Shown: positions 10,450 to 24,587 of the stretch, one piece after another
Position numbering within the stretch: position 1 is the first letter of the stretch
Layout of the letters: every line of letters begins with the position of its first letter
NCBI GenBank assembly: GCA_965116905.1
Contig: OZ220732.1
Location: 2,400,001 to 2,464,000 of the forward strand
Direction: 5' to 3'
Source: Longimicrobiales bacterium
GTDB taxonomy: Bacteria > Gemmatimonadota > Gemmatimonadetes > Longimicrobiales > Gaopeijiaceae
DNA length: 64,000 nt
Notes under the pieces: model-generated
Told to the model about the DNA's origin: nothing
What the model saw: only the letters and a program-made list of their open reading frames with translations
Databases searched by the model: none
Position numbers and translations under genes: made by a program

Positions 10450-10764
10450 CGTCCCCTCCTGGTTCGTAAGGGAGAGGTCCGCGCACACCCGTGCCGCGCA
10501 CCGTATTCCCTCTCGCACGGCCAATGGCCTTCCGTGGCCGGACGTAAACTGTTGGGGGGGATGTTTTGTCTACTCCGCGACCAACGTAGATCCCAGCCCG
10601 AGACCGCGGCAACCGGAGATCAGCCGCCACGGGGGAGGTGGGGGCGTAAAGGGTGCTCTCCAAGACCTGTGCAGCGACGGCCTGACCCCCCATTCAGCCT
10701 GTCGGTCAACTACATGTGGCGCTGGCGGCGAGGCTTTGGCATCTTCCAAGGGACAAGATGGACA

Positions 10765-10800
10765 CTTGCGCGGCCACAGCCGCTTGCGCGGCCGCAGCCA
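10765..10800. repeat. 18-bp tandem duplication upstream of dctP
   Basis: CTTGCGCGGCCACAGCCG / CTTGCGCGGCCGCAGCCA. Confidence 0.8.
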
Positions 10801-10826
10801 CAGAGATCCGGCGAGGAGGCTAACCC

Positions 10827-11825
10827 ATGCGGGAGCGGGCCTGGCAGTTGCTGGCCGTTCTGCTCACAGTCGGAGCCGCAGGATGCACCGAAGGTGCCCC
10901 GGAAGAGGAAGTGCTGGAACTCAGCTTCGGGCACGTGGGCGCTCCGGGCTCCCTGTTCGCGCTGTCGGCGGATGAGTTCGCGGCGCGTGTCAACGCCCGG
11001 CTCGAGGGCGAGGCGCAGGTCGTCGTGTACGGATCAAGCCAGCTGGGCGGCGATGAAGTCCTCCTCAACAAGCTCAAGCTGGGCACCGTGGACTTTGCGC
11101 TGCCCTCCTCGATCATGTCGTCGCGGATTCCGGAGTTCGGGATCTTCGAGATGCCCTATCTGGTCCGGAACCGGCAGCACATGGCCCGGATCGAGGAAGA
11201 GGTCGTCTGGCCGGTGCTTGCGCCGCTGGCGGAAGATCACGGATACCGCATCCTGGGGGTCTGGGAGAACGGCTACAGACACGTCACCAACAACACGCGC
11301 CCCGTGCGCGCGCCGGACGATCTGGCCGGGCTCAAGCTGCGGACGCCGCGCGGCACCTGGCGGGTCAAGCTGTTCCAGAATTTCGGGGCGAACCCGGTCC
11401 CGATGGCGCTCTCGGAGGTGCTGATCGCGTTGCGCACCGGGGTCGTGGACGGGCAGGAAAACCCTCTGGCGCAGATTCATGCGTCCAAGCTGAACGAGGT
11501 GCAGCAGTACCTGTCGCTCACCGAGCACGTCTACACGCCCGCGTATGTGACCGTTTCCCCCGATCATTGGGAAGACGTGCCCGAGAATGTGCGCGTGGTC
11601 GTCGAGGAAGAGGCCCGCGGGTTGCGTGACTTCGTCTACGATACGGCCAAGAGGCTGGACCGCGAATTGCTGGTCACGCTTGCGGACACGCAGATCTCGG
11701 TGAACTGGGCCAACGGAGACGCGTTCCAGAGGGCGAGTCAGCCGATCTACGACGAGTTCACCACGGCCGTGGAGCTCGGGCAGGAGCTGGTCGATCGTGC
11801 CATGAGGGTGGCCGGGTCCGAATAA
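10827..11825 (+). CDS. dctP: TRAP substrate-binding protein
   Basis: WENGYRH, GLKLRTP, GVVDGQENP; AAGC lipobox. Confidence 0.92.
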   Translation: MRERAWQLLAVLLTVGAAGCTEGAPEEEVLELSFGHVGAPGSLFALSADEFAARVNARLEGEAQVVVYGSSQLGGDEVLLNKLKLGTVDFALPSSIMSSRIPEFGIFEMPYLVRNRQHMARIEEEVVWPVLAPLAEDHGYRILGVWENGYRHVTNNTRPVRAPDDLAGLKLRTPRGTWRVKLFQNFGANPVPMALSEVLIALRTGVVDGQENPLAQIHASKLNEVQQYLSLTEHVYTPAYVTVSPDHWEDVPENVRVVVEEEARGLRDFVYDTAKRLDRELLVTLADTQISVNWANGDAFQRASQPIYDEFTTAVELGQELVDRAMRVAGSE

Positions 11826-11839
11826 GCCGACCGGCAGCC

Positions 11840-12370
11840 GTGTCCGACACACCAGCTGAATCCCGGAACCGAACCGGTGCGGACCGGGTGAGGCACGTCT
11901 TCCAGCGGGCGCTCGAAGTCATCGTGGTGGCCGTGGTCGTGGCCCTGGCCACAGTCGTGGTCATGGGCGTGATCTATCGCAAGGCCGGAGCCGCCCTGGT
12001 CTGGTATGACGAGGTGGCGGCGATCCTGCTCGCGTGGCTGACCTACTACGGTGCCGCGCTTGCGGCGCTGCACCGTGGTCACATCGGGGTGCCGGCCATG
12101 GTGGAACGGTTGCACGGGCGTCTGCGCACGTGCGTCGTGATCGCCGGCGAGGTCGCGGTGATCGGTTTCTTCGCCGTCCTGGCCTGGGCCGGGCTGGCGG
12201 TCCAGTCGGCGCTTGCTGGCACGACCCTGGTGAGCCTTCCGGCTGTGCCCACCGGCCTCGCCCAGTCCGTGATTCCGATCGGCGCGGTGCTGTTCATCTG
12301 CGCCCAGCTGCTGAGCCTCCCCGGTGTGTTGCGCGGCGAACACCGAGCGGAAGAGGGGACGCTTCCTTGA
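11840..12370 (+). CDS. dctQ: TRAP small permease
   Basis: 4 TM segments, WYDEVA...GHIGV; position in operon. Confidence 0.88.
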   Translation: MSDTPAESRNRTGADRVRHVFQRALEVIVVAVVVALATVVVMGVIYRKAGAALVWYDEVAAILLAWLTYYGAALAALHRGHIGVPAMVERLHGRLRTCVVIAGEVAVIGFFAVLAWAGLAVQSALAGTTLVSLPAVPTGLAQSVIPIGAVLFICAQLLSLPGVLRGEHRAEEGTLP

Positions 12371-13647
12371 CCGTCGCCCTGATCCTCCTGTTCCTGGTCC
12401 TGATCGTGATCAACGTCCCGATCGCGGTCGCGCTGGGCGTCATGTCGGTGGTGGCGATCATCGCCCTGGGTGGGTGGGCGGCGATCCCCAACGTCGGCCT
12501 GGTCATGTTCTCGGGGGCGACCAAGTTCCCGCTGATTGCCATCCCCCTGTTCATCCTCGCGGGCACGATCATGAACGCGACGGGGATTTCGCAGCGGCTC
12601 ATCGCATTCGCGTCGGCGGTGTTCGGGTTCATCCGCGGCGGGCTCTCGATGGTGAGCATCTCGGCCTCCATGTTCTTCGCCGAGATCTCGGGGAGCGCGG
12701 TCGCCGACGTCGCGGCCCTCGGGTCGATCCTTATTCCGGCCATGAAGAAACGCGGCTACACGCGCAACTTCGCGGCCGCGGTTACCTCCTCGTCCGCGAC
12801 GCTGGCCGTGATCATCCCTCCCTCGATCCCCATGATCCTCTATGGGGTCATGTCGGGTGCCTCGGTGGTCGAGCTGTTCGTCGCGGGAATCATCCCGGGC
12901 GTCGCGGGCGGCGTGCTCATGATGTTCGTGTCGTACGTGTGGGCGCGGCGCAACAACCTTCCCGTGGAGGAAGCGTTCCGGCTCGGTCACGTGTTCGAGA
13001 CCTTCAAGGCCGCGGGCTGGTCGCTTCTCCTGCCGGTCATCATCCTGGGCGGGATCTTCTCGGGCTGGGTGACCGCGACCGAAGGCGCCGGGCTCGCGGT
13101 CGTCGCGGCGCTCGTGATCGGCGGCGCCGTCTACCGCGAACTCACGCTGGCGGGGCTGCGCCGCGCGGTGCTCGAGTGCGGGCACCAGACCGCGGTCGTC
13201 ATGCTGCTCGTCGCGGCGTCCGCGCTCCTGGGCGACTTCCTCACCGAGGCGCGCGTGCCGCAGCAGGTCGCGCTGGCGATCACGGGGCTGACCGAGTCGA
13301 AGCTTGCGATCCTGGCCCTGCTCAACGTCTTCCTGCTCGCCGTGGGGCTCTTTCTCCACTCGGCCGCGGCTATCATTCTCGTGATCCCCATCGTCATGCC
13401 GCTGGTGCAGGCGCTGGGCATCGACCCGGTGCACTTTGGACTCATCGTGACGCTGAATCTCGGAATCGGACAGCAGACGCCCCCCGTCGCCTCCGTTCTG
13501 GTGACCGCGTGTTCGGTCGCCAAGGCGGACATCTGGGCCGTCACCAGGGCGAACCTCTGGTTCATTGCGGTCCTCCTGGCCGTGCTGCTGGTTGTCACGT
13601 ATGTGCCGTCGTTCTCGATGGCGCTGGTCGAGGTGTTTTACCGATGA
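12367..13647 (+). CDS. dctM: TRAP large permease
   Basis: AIPLFILAG, ISGSAVAD, IIPPSIPM, TATE, GIDPVHFG, TPPV; TTG start overlaps dctQ stop. Confidence 0.92.
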   Translation: MTVALILLFLVLIVINVPIAVALGVMSVVAIIALGGWAAIPNVGLVMFSGATKFPLIAIPLFILAGTIMNATGISQRLIAFASAVFGFIRGGLSMVSISASMFFAEISGSAVADVAALGSILIPAMKKRGYTRNFAAAVTSSSATLAVIIPPSIPMILYGVMSGASVVELFVAGIIPGVAGGVLMMFVSYVWARRNNLPVEEAFRLGHVFETFKAAGWSLLLPVIILGGIFSGWVTATEGAGLAVVAALVIGGAVYRELTLAGLRRAVLECGHQTAVVMLLVAASALLGDFLTEARVPQQVALAITGLTESKLAILALLNVFLLAVGLFLHSAAAIILVIPIVMPLVQALGIDPVHFGLIVTLNLGIGQQTPPVASVLVTACSVAKADIWAVTRANLWFIAVLLAVLLVVTYVPSFSMALVEVFYR

Positions 13648-14429
13648 GCGGATCGGAGCGCGTCGTTGCGGCCCGCGACGGGGATGTCGTGACCGTCACC
13701 CTGAGCCATCCGGCGAAGCTCAATGTGCTCGACATGGCCGCATGGGAGCGCCTGGGCGAGATCTTCGAGGAGCTGTCGGCCGACGATTCGGTGCGGTGCG
13801 TGCTGGTGACGGGGCAGGGAGGGCGAGCGTTCTCGACCGGCTCAGACATCGGCGCGTTCGGGGCGCAGCGGAACACGCCGGCCCAGGTGACGCGGTACGC
13901 GGCCGCGCTGCGGCGTGGGATCGGAGGCCTGTACGAGTGTCCTCACCCCACCGTCGCGGTGGTGCGGGGGCTCTGTGTGGGGGGCGGGCTCATCATCGCC
14001 GCGTGCTGCGATGTGCGGGTGTGCGGGGAGTCCAGCCGCTTCGGGGCCCCGGTCAACCGCCTCGGCGCCACGATGGCCTACGAGGAGATGGCGCCGCTGC
14101 TGGCCGCGGCGGGGGCGGGGGCCGTGATGGAGATTCTCCTGACGGGCGACCTGGTCGATGCCCGCCGCGCCCGCGAGATGGGCATTGTCAACCGGATCGT
14201 GCCGGATGGGGAGGTGGAGGAGGCGGGCGCCGCAGTCGCGCGCAACATCGCGAGGGGAGCGCCGCTCGTGAACCGGTGGCACAAGAAGTTCATCCGCCGT
14301 GCGGCCGACCCTCGCCCGCTCCGGGAAGAGGAGCGGGACGAAGCGTACGAGGCGTTCCAGACGCGGGACTACCGCGAGGGGACGGCCGCGTTCATGGAGA
14401 AGCGTGCGCCCCGGTTCGAGGGAGAGTAG
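13644..14429 (+). CDS. Enoyl-CoA hydratase/isomerase family protein
   Basis: AFSTGSDI, GLCVGGG, DYREGTAAFMEKRAPRFEG; ATG overlaps dctM stop. Confidence 0.88.
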   Translation: MSGSERVVAARDGDVVTVTLSHPAKLNVLDMAAWERLGEIFEELSADDSVRCVLVTGQGGRAFSTGSDIGAFGAQRNTPAQVTRYAAALRRGIGGLYECPHPTVAVVRGLCVGGGLIIAACCDVRVCGESSRFGAPVNRLGATMAYEEMAPLLAAAGAGAVMEILLTGDLVDARRAREMGIVNRIVPDGEVEEAGAAVARNIARGAPLVNRWHKKFIRRAADPRPLREEERDEAYEAFQTRDYREGTAAFMEKRAPRFEGE

Positions 14430-14430
14430 G

Positions 14431-15693
14431 GTGGGCGCCGGGCCTGGCGCCGGGCCGCGCGCCGGGCCTCGGACGGGGGCAGGTCCGCGGGCGGGGGCGG
14501 GTCCGCTGTCCGGAATCCGCGTGGTCGAACTCGCGCACGTCATGGCGGGGCCGACGTGTGGGCGCATGCTCGCGGACATGGGGGCCGACGTGGTCAAGGT
14601 AGAGCCGCCCGGTGCCGGCGACCCGACGCGCGCGTTCGCGCCGCCGGACATGGGGGGGACCGCCGCCGCGTTCATCATGATGAATCGCAACAAGCGCGGC
14701 ATCGTGATCGACCTCAAGACGGAGCCGGGCCGTGAGGTGGCCAGGCGCATGCTGGCGCGCTGCGACGTGGTGATCGAAAACTTCCGCGAAGGCGTGATGG
14801 AGGGGCTCGGCCTCGGGTACGAAACCCTCCGGGCTGCCAACGCGGCCCTCATCTACTGTCAGATCACGGGGTTCGGAAGGACTGGGCCGCTGGCTTCGCA
14901 CCGGGGATTTGACCTCATCGCCCAGGGGATGACCGGTCTGCTCAGCGTCACCGGAGAGGGCCCGGGACGGCCGCCGGTCAAGTGCGGGCCGCCGCTGACC
15001 GACATCACCGCGGGGATCCTGGGGGCGATGGGCGTGGTGTCGGCGCTCTACGCGCGCGAACGGACGGGCGTCGGGCAACGCGTCGACACGTCGCTGTACG
15101 AGGCCGGGATCACCCAGACCTTCTGGCAGTCGGCGGTGGGGCTCGCGACCAGGGAATCGCCGGCTCCGCTGGGGTCCGCGCATCCGCTTGCCGCCCCGTA
15201 CGAGGCGTTGCCGACCGCGGACGGCTGGATCACGGTGGGGGGATGGAACCAGGTCAACTGGCTGAGGCTCGTCAGGACGATTGGGCTGGATGAGCTTGCG
15301 GAGGATCCGCGGTTCACGACCAACGCGGACCGCATGGCGAACCTGGAGGAACTGCGTGCGCTGCTGTCGCGGCGGCTCGAGGCGGAGTCCACTGCGACCT
15401 GGCTGGAGCGCCTGGCGGCCGCCAACGTGCCGGCCGGTCCCGTCTCCACGATCATGGACATGCTCCGGCATCCGCAGACGGCGGCGCGGGAGATGGTGGT
15501 CCGCGTGCCGGAGGGCGAAGGCGACGCCGAGGCGCTCGGCATGCCCGTCAAGTTCTCGGATCCGCCGCCGCCCGTCGAGCGGGGTGCGCCGCGGATGGGC
15601 GAGCATACGGAGGAGGTGCTGCGCGACTACGGCTTCTCGGCGGATGAGATCGTGGGGCTGGTCCGGACCGGTGCGGTGGGCGGGCCCGGTTGA
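14431..15693 (+). CDS. Family III CoA transferase (CaiB/BaiF)
   Basis: GPLSGIRVVELAHVMAGP, LADMGADVVKVE, NRNKRG, ENFR, GFD. Confidence 0.92.
   Translation: MGAGPGAGPRAGPRTGAGPRAGAGPLSGIRVVELAHVMAGPTCGRMLADMGADVVKVEPPGAGDPTRAFAPPDMGGTAAAFIMMNRNKRGIVIDLKTEPGREVARRMLARCDVVIENFREGVMEGLGLGYETLRAANAALIYCQITGFGRTGPLASHRGFDLIAQGMTGLLSVTGEGPGRPPVKCGPPLTDITAGILGAMGVVSALYARERTGVGQRVDTSLYEAGITQTFWQSAVGLATRESPAPLGSAHPLAAPYEALPTADGWITVGGWNQVNWLRLVRTIGLDELAEDPRFTTNADRMANLEELRALLSRRLEAESTATWLERLAAANVPAGPVSTIMDMLRHPQTAAREMVVRVPEGEGDAEALGMPVKFSDPPPPVERGAPRMGEHTEEVLRDYGFSADEIVGLVRTGAVGGPG
14434..14505. repeat. Compound tandem repeat (12 bp x3, then 18 bp x2) encoding a GAGP/RAGP N-terminal extension
   Basis: GGCGCCGGGCCT GGCGCCGGGCCG CGCGCCGGGCCT, then CGGACGGGGGCAGGTCCG CGGGCGGGGGCGGGTCCG. 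Confidence 0.75.
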
Positions 15694-15753
15694 CACGAAG
15701 GTCGCCGGACCGGAGCATCATCCCGTGACCCTGCGAGACCCGGAGTACCGTCC

Positions 15754-17595
15754 ATGTCGTTGCGCCACCCGCTCAATCCCGTCCTCGCGGCCCGCGTTCT
15801 GGCGGCTGCGGTTATCTCATCGTCGTTCCAGGTTGCGTCCGCGGGCGCCCAGGCCCCCGGCCCGGGGAGCTATTCCCCCGCCGTCCACGAGGTCATCGAG
15901 GAGCGCGGCCATATGGTCCCCATGCGCGACGGGGTGCGCCTCTCGACCGACATCTACTTCCCGGACGGCGACGGCCCGTTCCCGGCGATCCTGACCATCA
16001 CCCCGTACGACAACAACGGCCCCCGGGACCGGGCTCGCTGGTTCGCGCGGCGCGGGTACGCGGTCGTGCTGGCGGATTCGCGCGGACGCTACGACTCCGG
16101 CGGCGAGTGGGACCCCTTCATCGTCGAGCACAAGACGGACGGGTACGACCTAGTGGAGTGGATCGGGGCGCAGCCATGGTCGAACGGGAACGTCGGCATG
16201 ATCGGCGGCTCGTACCTCGGCTGGACCCAGTGGTGGACCGCCAGTCAGGCGCCGCCGTCGCTCAAGGCGATTGCGCCCGAAGTCGCGCCTCCAGATCCCT
16301 TCCACAACATCCCCTACCAGCAAGGCATCATGCTCGGGCCCTTCGTGGACTGGGCCGCGTGGATGTCCGGACGGACGGCGCAGGTCAAGGAGGAGGGGCC
16401 GTATGGAGGATTCACGAACTCGCGCTGGGAAGACCTCCTGCACGCCCCCTATCTGACCCTCGACGAGGCCCGGGGGATGCAGGACGGCGGCTGGTGGAAG
16501 TCCTGGATCAACGGATACGTGGCCACCGACCCGTACTGGGACGGGATGGAGTACCAGTCGCCGGAGACCTGGTCGCGCATCACGGTGCCCGCCCTGAACA
16601 TGACCGGGTGGTTCGACGCGGATTTTCCGGGCTCTCCCATCAACTACCTCGGGATGCAGGCCCACGGGGCCACGCCCGAGTCCCGGCGCCCCAGGCTGAT
16701 CATCGGCCCCTGGTTCCACGGCCTGAACGACAGGATCGTGGGCGGCATCGATTACGGCCCCGAGGCCCGGATCGACCTGGACGGCTACATCACGCGCTGG
16801 TACGACCACTTCCTAAAGGGCATCGATAACGGCGTCGAGAACGACCCGCCCGTCCATGTCTTCGTCATGGGGCCGAATCGGTGGTACACGGCCGACGACT
16901 GGCCGCTGCCGGGCACCGAATGGACCGACCTGTACCTGACGTCGGGCGGAGCCGCGAACTCCAGCAGGGGGGATGGCGGCCTCCGGTGGGAGATGCCGGA
17001 GCGGGACGGGTCCGACACCTACGTCTATGACCCCGGCGATCCCACCCCGTCCCCGTACGGCGACCACGGACACATACCCGGCGCCGTGGAGGCCGGCGGG
17101 CCCGCCCTGCGCGACGACGTCCTCGTCTACGAGACCCCCGTATTCCAGGAGGCGATGGAGGTCACGGGGCCGATCGAGGCGGTCCTCTACGCTGCGACCA
17201 CGGCGCGCGACACCGACTGGATGGTGCGGCTCGTGGATGTCGGCCCCGACGGATCGGCGATGCTCCTGGCCGAGGCCGTGATGCGCGCGCGCCACCGCGA
17301 CCCCGGCAGCGACGGCCGCTTCAACCCAGACCGCCTGAGCGAGATTGAGCCGGGGCGGGCATACCGTTACCACATGGAGTTCTGGCGCGTGACCGGCAAC
17401 GTGTTCGGTCCCGGCCACCGCATCCGCATCGAGGTGTCGAGCAGCTATTATCCTTTCTATCTGCGCAATCTCAACTCGGGGCGCGACAACGCGGGGCTGG
17501 CGGGACCGGACGAAGCGGTGGTGGCCACGCAGACCATCTACCATGGGCCGACCCATCCGTCCAAAGTCGTGCTGCCCGTGATTCGGAGGCGATAG
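15754..17595 (+). CDS. CocE/NonD-family serine hydrolase, secreted
   Basis: VPMRDGVRL, TPY, GGSYLG, GWFD, GPWFH; signal peptide. Confidence 0.92.
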   Translation: MSLRHPLNPVLAARVLAAAVISSSFQVASAGAQAPGPGSYSPAVHEVIEERGHMVPMRDGVRLSTDIYFPDGDGPFPAILTITPYDNNGPRDRARWFARRGYAVVLADSRGRYDSGGEWDPFIVEHKTDGYDLVEWIGAQPWSNGNVGMIGGSYLGWTQWWTASQAPPSLKAIAPEVAPPDPFHNIPYQQGIMLGPFVDWAAWMSGRTAQVKEEGPYGGFTNSRWEDLLHAPYLTLDEARGMQDGGWWKSWINGYVATDPYWDGMEYQSPETWSRITVPALNMTGWFDADFPGSPINYLGMQAHGATPESRRPRLIIGPWFHGLNDRIVGGIDYGPEARIDLDGYITRWYDHFLKGIDNGVENDPPVHVFVMGPNRWYTADDWPLPGTEWTDLYLTSGGAANSSRGDGGLRWEMPERDGSDTYVYDPGDPTPSPYGDHGHIPGAVEAGGPALRDDVLVYETPVFQEAMEVTGPIEAVLYAATTARDTDWMVRLVDVGPDGSAMLLAEAVMRARHRDPGSDGRFNPDRLSEIEPGRAYRYHMEFWRVTGNVFGPGHRIRIEVSSSYYPFYLRNLNSGRDNAGLAGPDEAVVATQTIYHGPTHPSKVVLPVIRRR

Positions 17596-17598
17596 ACC

Positions 17599-18735
17599 GT
17601 GGACCTGCTGGATACCGTGAGGGCGTGGTGGGACATTGTGGTGGCGTACGCCGAGCCCCGATGGCTGCCGAGCCTCGTGGCCACGGTGACGGCCGGCGCT
17701 CTCTACCTCATCGCAGGATGGGTGCTTCGCAGGGTCGAAAGGCGGCTTGCCGCGCGGACCGAGACCCAACTCGACGACGAGTTCGTCCGTCTGCTGCGCC
17801 GGGCGGTCCGGCTGACCGTCGTCGCCTGGGTCGTGTGGCGGATCATCGGCGAGTGGATCCCGCCGCTCGGCGCGCGGACCCCCGAGGGCGATTGGGTCGC
17901 GAGCGATACGCAGCCCCAGGACTGGGTGTGGGGCATCTGGACGATCCTGGTCTTCTTCCCGATCAGCCGGTTCGTTGGCCACGTGATGACCAGCTTCGAG
18001 ACGAGGGTCATGGCGCGGTCGGACACCGCCCTCGACGAGACGGCGTTGCCGATGGTCAACAAGTTCGCGCGCTTCCTCGTGGTGGCGGTCGGCGTGCTGC
18101 TCGCGCTGCCGCAACTCGGCGTGAGCATTGCACCGCTTCTCGGTGGCGCCGGCGTAATGGGACTGGCGCTGTCGTTCGCGGCCAAGGACACGCTGTCGAA
18201 TCTGATCGCCGGGGTGCTCCTGATCATGGACCGCCCCTTCCAGGTGGGGGACAGGATCGAGCTGTGGAACGCGCCCCGGGAGACCGGCACCTGGGGCGAC
18301 GTGGTGGAGATCGGGCTGCGGGCCACGAAGATCCGCAATCCGGACAACCTCGTGGTCGTGGTGCCGAACAACGAGATCATGCGGCGCGACATCATCAACT
18401 ACACCATGTCGGGCGACGACATTCGGCTGCGGATCCCCTTTTCGTGCGCCTACGAGGCGGATATCGAACGGGCCAAGGTGCTGCTGAAGGCGACCGCGGG
18501 CGAAGTGCGGGGCGTGAAGCTGGATCCGGCGCCGATCGTGATCGTGCGGGGCTTCGGGCCCTCGGAGGTGAACCTGCAGCTGCGCGTGTGGATTCAGGAG
18601 GCGCGGAATCGGCGCCGGATCGCCGACGAGATCACCGAGAAGGCCATGCTGAAGTTTGCCGACGCGGGCATCGAGATCCCCTATCCGAAGCGGGAGCTCT
18701 ACATCAAGGGGGGTGGCGCCGCGGGGTTGTCCTGA
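17599..18735 (+). CDS. MscS-family mechanosensitive channel
   Basis: GLALSFAAKDTLSNLIAG, RPFQVGDRI, IGLRATKI, VPN, GIEIPYP. Confidence 0.92.
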   Translation: MDLLDTVRAWWDIVVAYAEPRWLPSLVATVTAGALYLIAGWVLRRVERRLAARTETQLDDEFVRLLRRAVRLTVVAWVVWRIIGEWIPPLGARTPEGDWVASDTQPQDWVWGIWTILVFFPISRFVGHVMTSFETRVMARSDTALDETALPMVNKFARFLVVAVGVLLALPQLGVSIAPLLGGAGVMGLALSFAAKDTLSNLIAGVLLIMDRPFQVGDRIELWNAPRETGTWGDVVEIGLRATKIRNPDNLVVVVPNNEIMRRDIINYTMSGDDIRLRIPFSCAYEADIERAKVLLKATAGEVRGVKLDPAPIVIVRGFGPSEVNLQLRVWIQEARNRRRIADEITEKAMLKFADAGIEIPYPKRELYIKGGGAAGLS

Positions 18736-18754
18736 TCCCGAACGAACACCTTCG

Positions 18755-22657
<3,903 letters not shown>

Positions 22658-22669
22658 CGCGGGTTCCCC

Positions 22670-23428
22670 ATGCGTCTTGAAGGCAAGCGCGCCCTCGTCA
22701 CCGGAGGGTCCCGCGGCATCGGCCGGGCCATCGCCGTGGGACTCGCTCGGGAGGGTGCCGACGTGGCGGTCAACTACCGGACCAGCCGCGACGCTGCCGA
22801 CAGCGCCGTCCGCGAGATCGAGCAGTCGGGACGTCGGGCGGCCGCCGTGCCGGGCTCCACGAGTATCCGATCGGATGTACAGCGGTTTGTCGCCGAGGCG
22901 CACGATTTCCTGGGCGGTCTCGACATCCTCGTGAACAACGCCGGGATCCTGAAGCGCACACCCTTCCTGGAGATCGGCGAGGAGGAGTGGGACGCCATTC
23001 TCGACGTGAACCTGAAGGGCTACTTCCTGGTGGGGCAGGAGGCGGCGCGCCGAATGGCCGGGGCCGGGACGCGGGGTGCGATCGTCAACGTCTCGTCGGC
23101 CGGACAGGCGGTGGCCGGCCCGAACCTTGCCCACTACTGCGTGTCGAAGGCCGGGGTCGAGATGCTGACCAAGGAGATGGCGCTCGAGCTCGCACCCCAC
23201 AATATCAGGGTGAACGCTGTGGCTCCGGGTCTGATCGAAACCGACATCAACCGGGCCGACATCGCGCAGGCCGCGTTCCGGGAGGGCCGGCTGGCCCGTA
23301 TCCCGCTTGGGCTGATCGGAGCCCCCGACGACGTGGTGGGTGCGGTGGTGTTCCTCGCGTCGAACAAGGAGGCGCGACTGATGACGGGCGCCTCGGTGTT
23401 CGTCGATGGCGGCCAGACGATCTGGTGA
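22670..23428 (+). CDS. Short-chain dehydrogenase/reductase
   Basis: TGGSRGIG, NNAG, YCVSK, VDGG. Confidence 0.92.
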   Translation: MRLEGKRALVTGGSRGIGRAIAVGLAREGADVAVNYRTSRDAADSAVREIEQSGRRAAAVPGSTSIRSDVQRFVAEAHDFLGGLDILVNNAGILKRTPFLEIGEEEWDAILDVNLKGYFLVGQEAARRMAGAGTRGAIVNVSSAGQAVAGPNLAHYCVSKAGVEMLTKEMALELAPHNIRVNAVAPGLIETDINRADIAQAAFREGRLARIPLGLIGAPDDVVGAVVFLASNKEARLMTGASVFVDGGQTIW

Positions 23429-24471
23429 GGGCGGGATGGATCGTTGCGGCACTCCTGCTGGTGTCCTGCCGAGCTCCCGCACCCGACGCCGGCCCGCCCG
23501 CCTGGGAGGTCCGCTTCTCCCATGTGCTGTCGACCAGCTCAGAGCTCCACCTCATGGCGGAGCGCTTCCGGGACCTCATGCTCGAGCGCACCGACGGCCG
23601 CTTCCGGGTCGTCATCTATCCGTCGGGACAGCTCGGGGGCGAGCGCGTGGCCTTCGAGCAGATCCAGGTCGGCGCGGTGCACATGGCCATCACCGGCACG
23701 CCGGTGCTGTCGGGCTGGGTGCCCGAGGGGCAGATGTTCGACCTCCCCTTCCTCTTCGAGACGAGGGACCACGGGCTGGCCGTGATGAACGGCCGGGTTG
23801 GGGACTGGTGGCGGGAACTCCTGCTTGAGCGCACGGGAGTCCGCTCGCTCGGATTCCTCGACTACGGGTTCCGCCACGTCTACAACAAGCGCCGGCCCGT
23901 CCAGGCACCTGAAGATCTCGCCGGCCTCAAGCTCCGGGTCCTCCAGAACGCGACCTATCTGGCCGCGTATTCCGCGCTGGGCGTGCAGGCGACTCCGATG
24001 AACTACGGCGAGGTCTACTCCGCGCTCCAGCAGGGCGTGATCGACGGCGGCGAGGCGAACGCCATCGGATTCGTCAGCAGCCGGCTCCACGAGGTGGCGA
24101 AGTTCTACAGCTTCACGTCCATCACCTACAACCCGATCACGCTTCTGGTGAACGAGCCGTTCTATCAGGGGCTTCCGGAGGACATCCGTGAGACCGTCGA
24201 CCGCGCGGCGGCGGATGCGCTGGCCTATCAGAGCGAGGTCGCGCGCCGGATGGAGGCGGAGGCGCTGGAGCAGATGCGCGCCAGCGGGGTGGAGATCTCG
24301 CGGCCGGACCTGGCGCCGTTCACCCCGGCCGTGCGGCCGCGTATCCGGGACGAGCTGGCGGATCGCCTGCCGGACGGCGAGGCGCTGATCGCAAGGCTGG
24401 TGCGGGAGGCGGAGCGTGAGGCCTTCCTTTCCGGCGCCGTGGACCGGTCCGATCCGGCCGCGATGAGATGA
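23425..24471 (+). CDS. dctP: TRAP substrate-binding lipoprotein
   Basis: YPSGQLGGE, GFRH, GLKLRV, EVYSALQQGVIDG; GTG overlaps SDR stop; LVSC lipobox. Confidence 0.9.
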   Translation: MRAGWIVAALLLVSCRAPAPDAGPPAWEVRFSHVLSTSSELHLMAERFRDLMLERTDGRFRVVIYPSGQLGGERVAFEQIQVGAVHMAITGTPVLSGWVPEGQMFDLPFLFETRDHGLAVMNGRVGDWWRELLLERTGVRSLGFLDYGFRHVYNKRRPVQAPEDLAGLKLRVLQNATYLAAYSALGVQATPMNYGEVYSALQQGVIDGGEANAIGFVSSRLHEVAKFYSFTSITYNPITLLVNEPFYQGLPEDIRETVDRAAADALAYQSEVARRMEAEALEQMRASGVEISRPDLAPFTPAVRPRIRDELADRLPDGEALIARLVREAEREAFLSGAVDRSDPAAMR

Positions 24472-24551
24472 GCGTCGATCCGGGAGCCGCCGGTGTGATG
24501 GCGGACCTGCGCGGGCGACCGGACGCGGCCGCGGATCCCGCCACGCACCAG

Positions 24552-24587
24552 AATACATAAAATACATAAAATGCGTAAAATACGTAA
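24552..24587. repeat. AT-rich 9-bp tandem repeat x4 spanning the dctQ start
   Basis: AATACATAA AATACATAA AATGCGTAA AATACGTAA. Confidence 0.9.

Noticed and set aside
12324..14429. Apparent 701-aa fusion ending in the enoyl-CoA hydratase
   Set aside because: Upstream part is an off-frame reading of dctM; ATG 13644 overlaps the dctM stop
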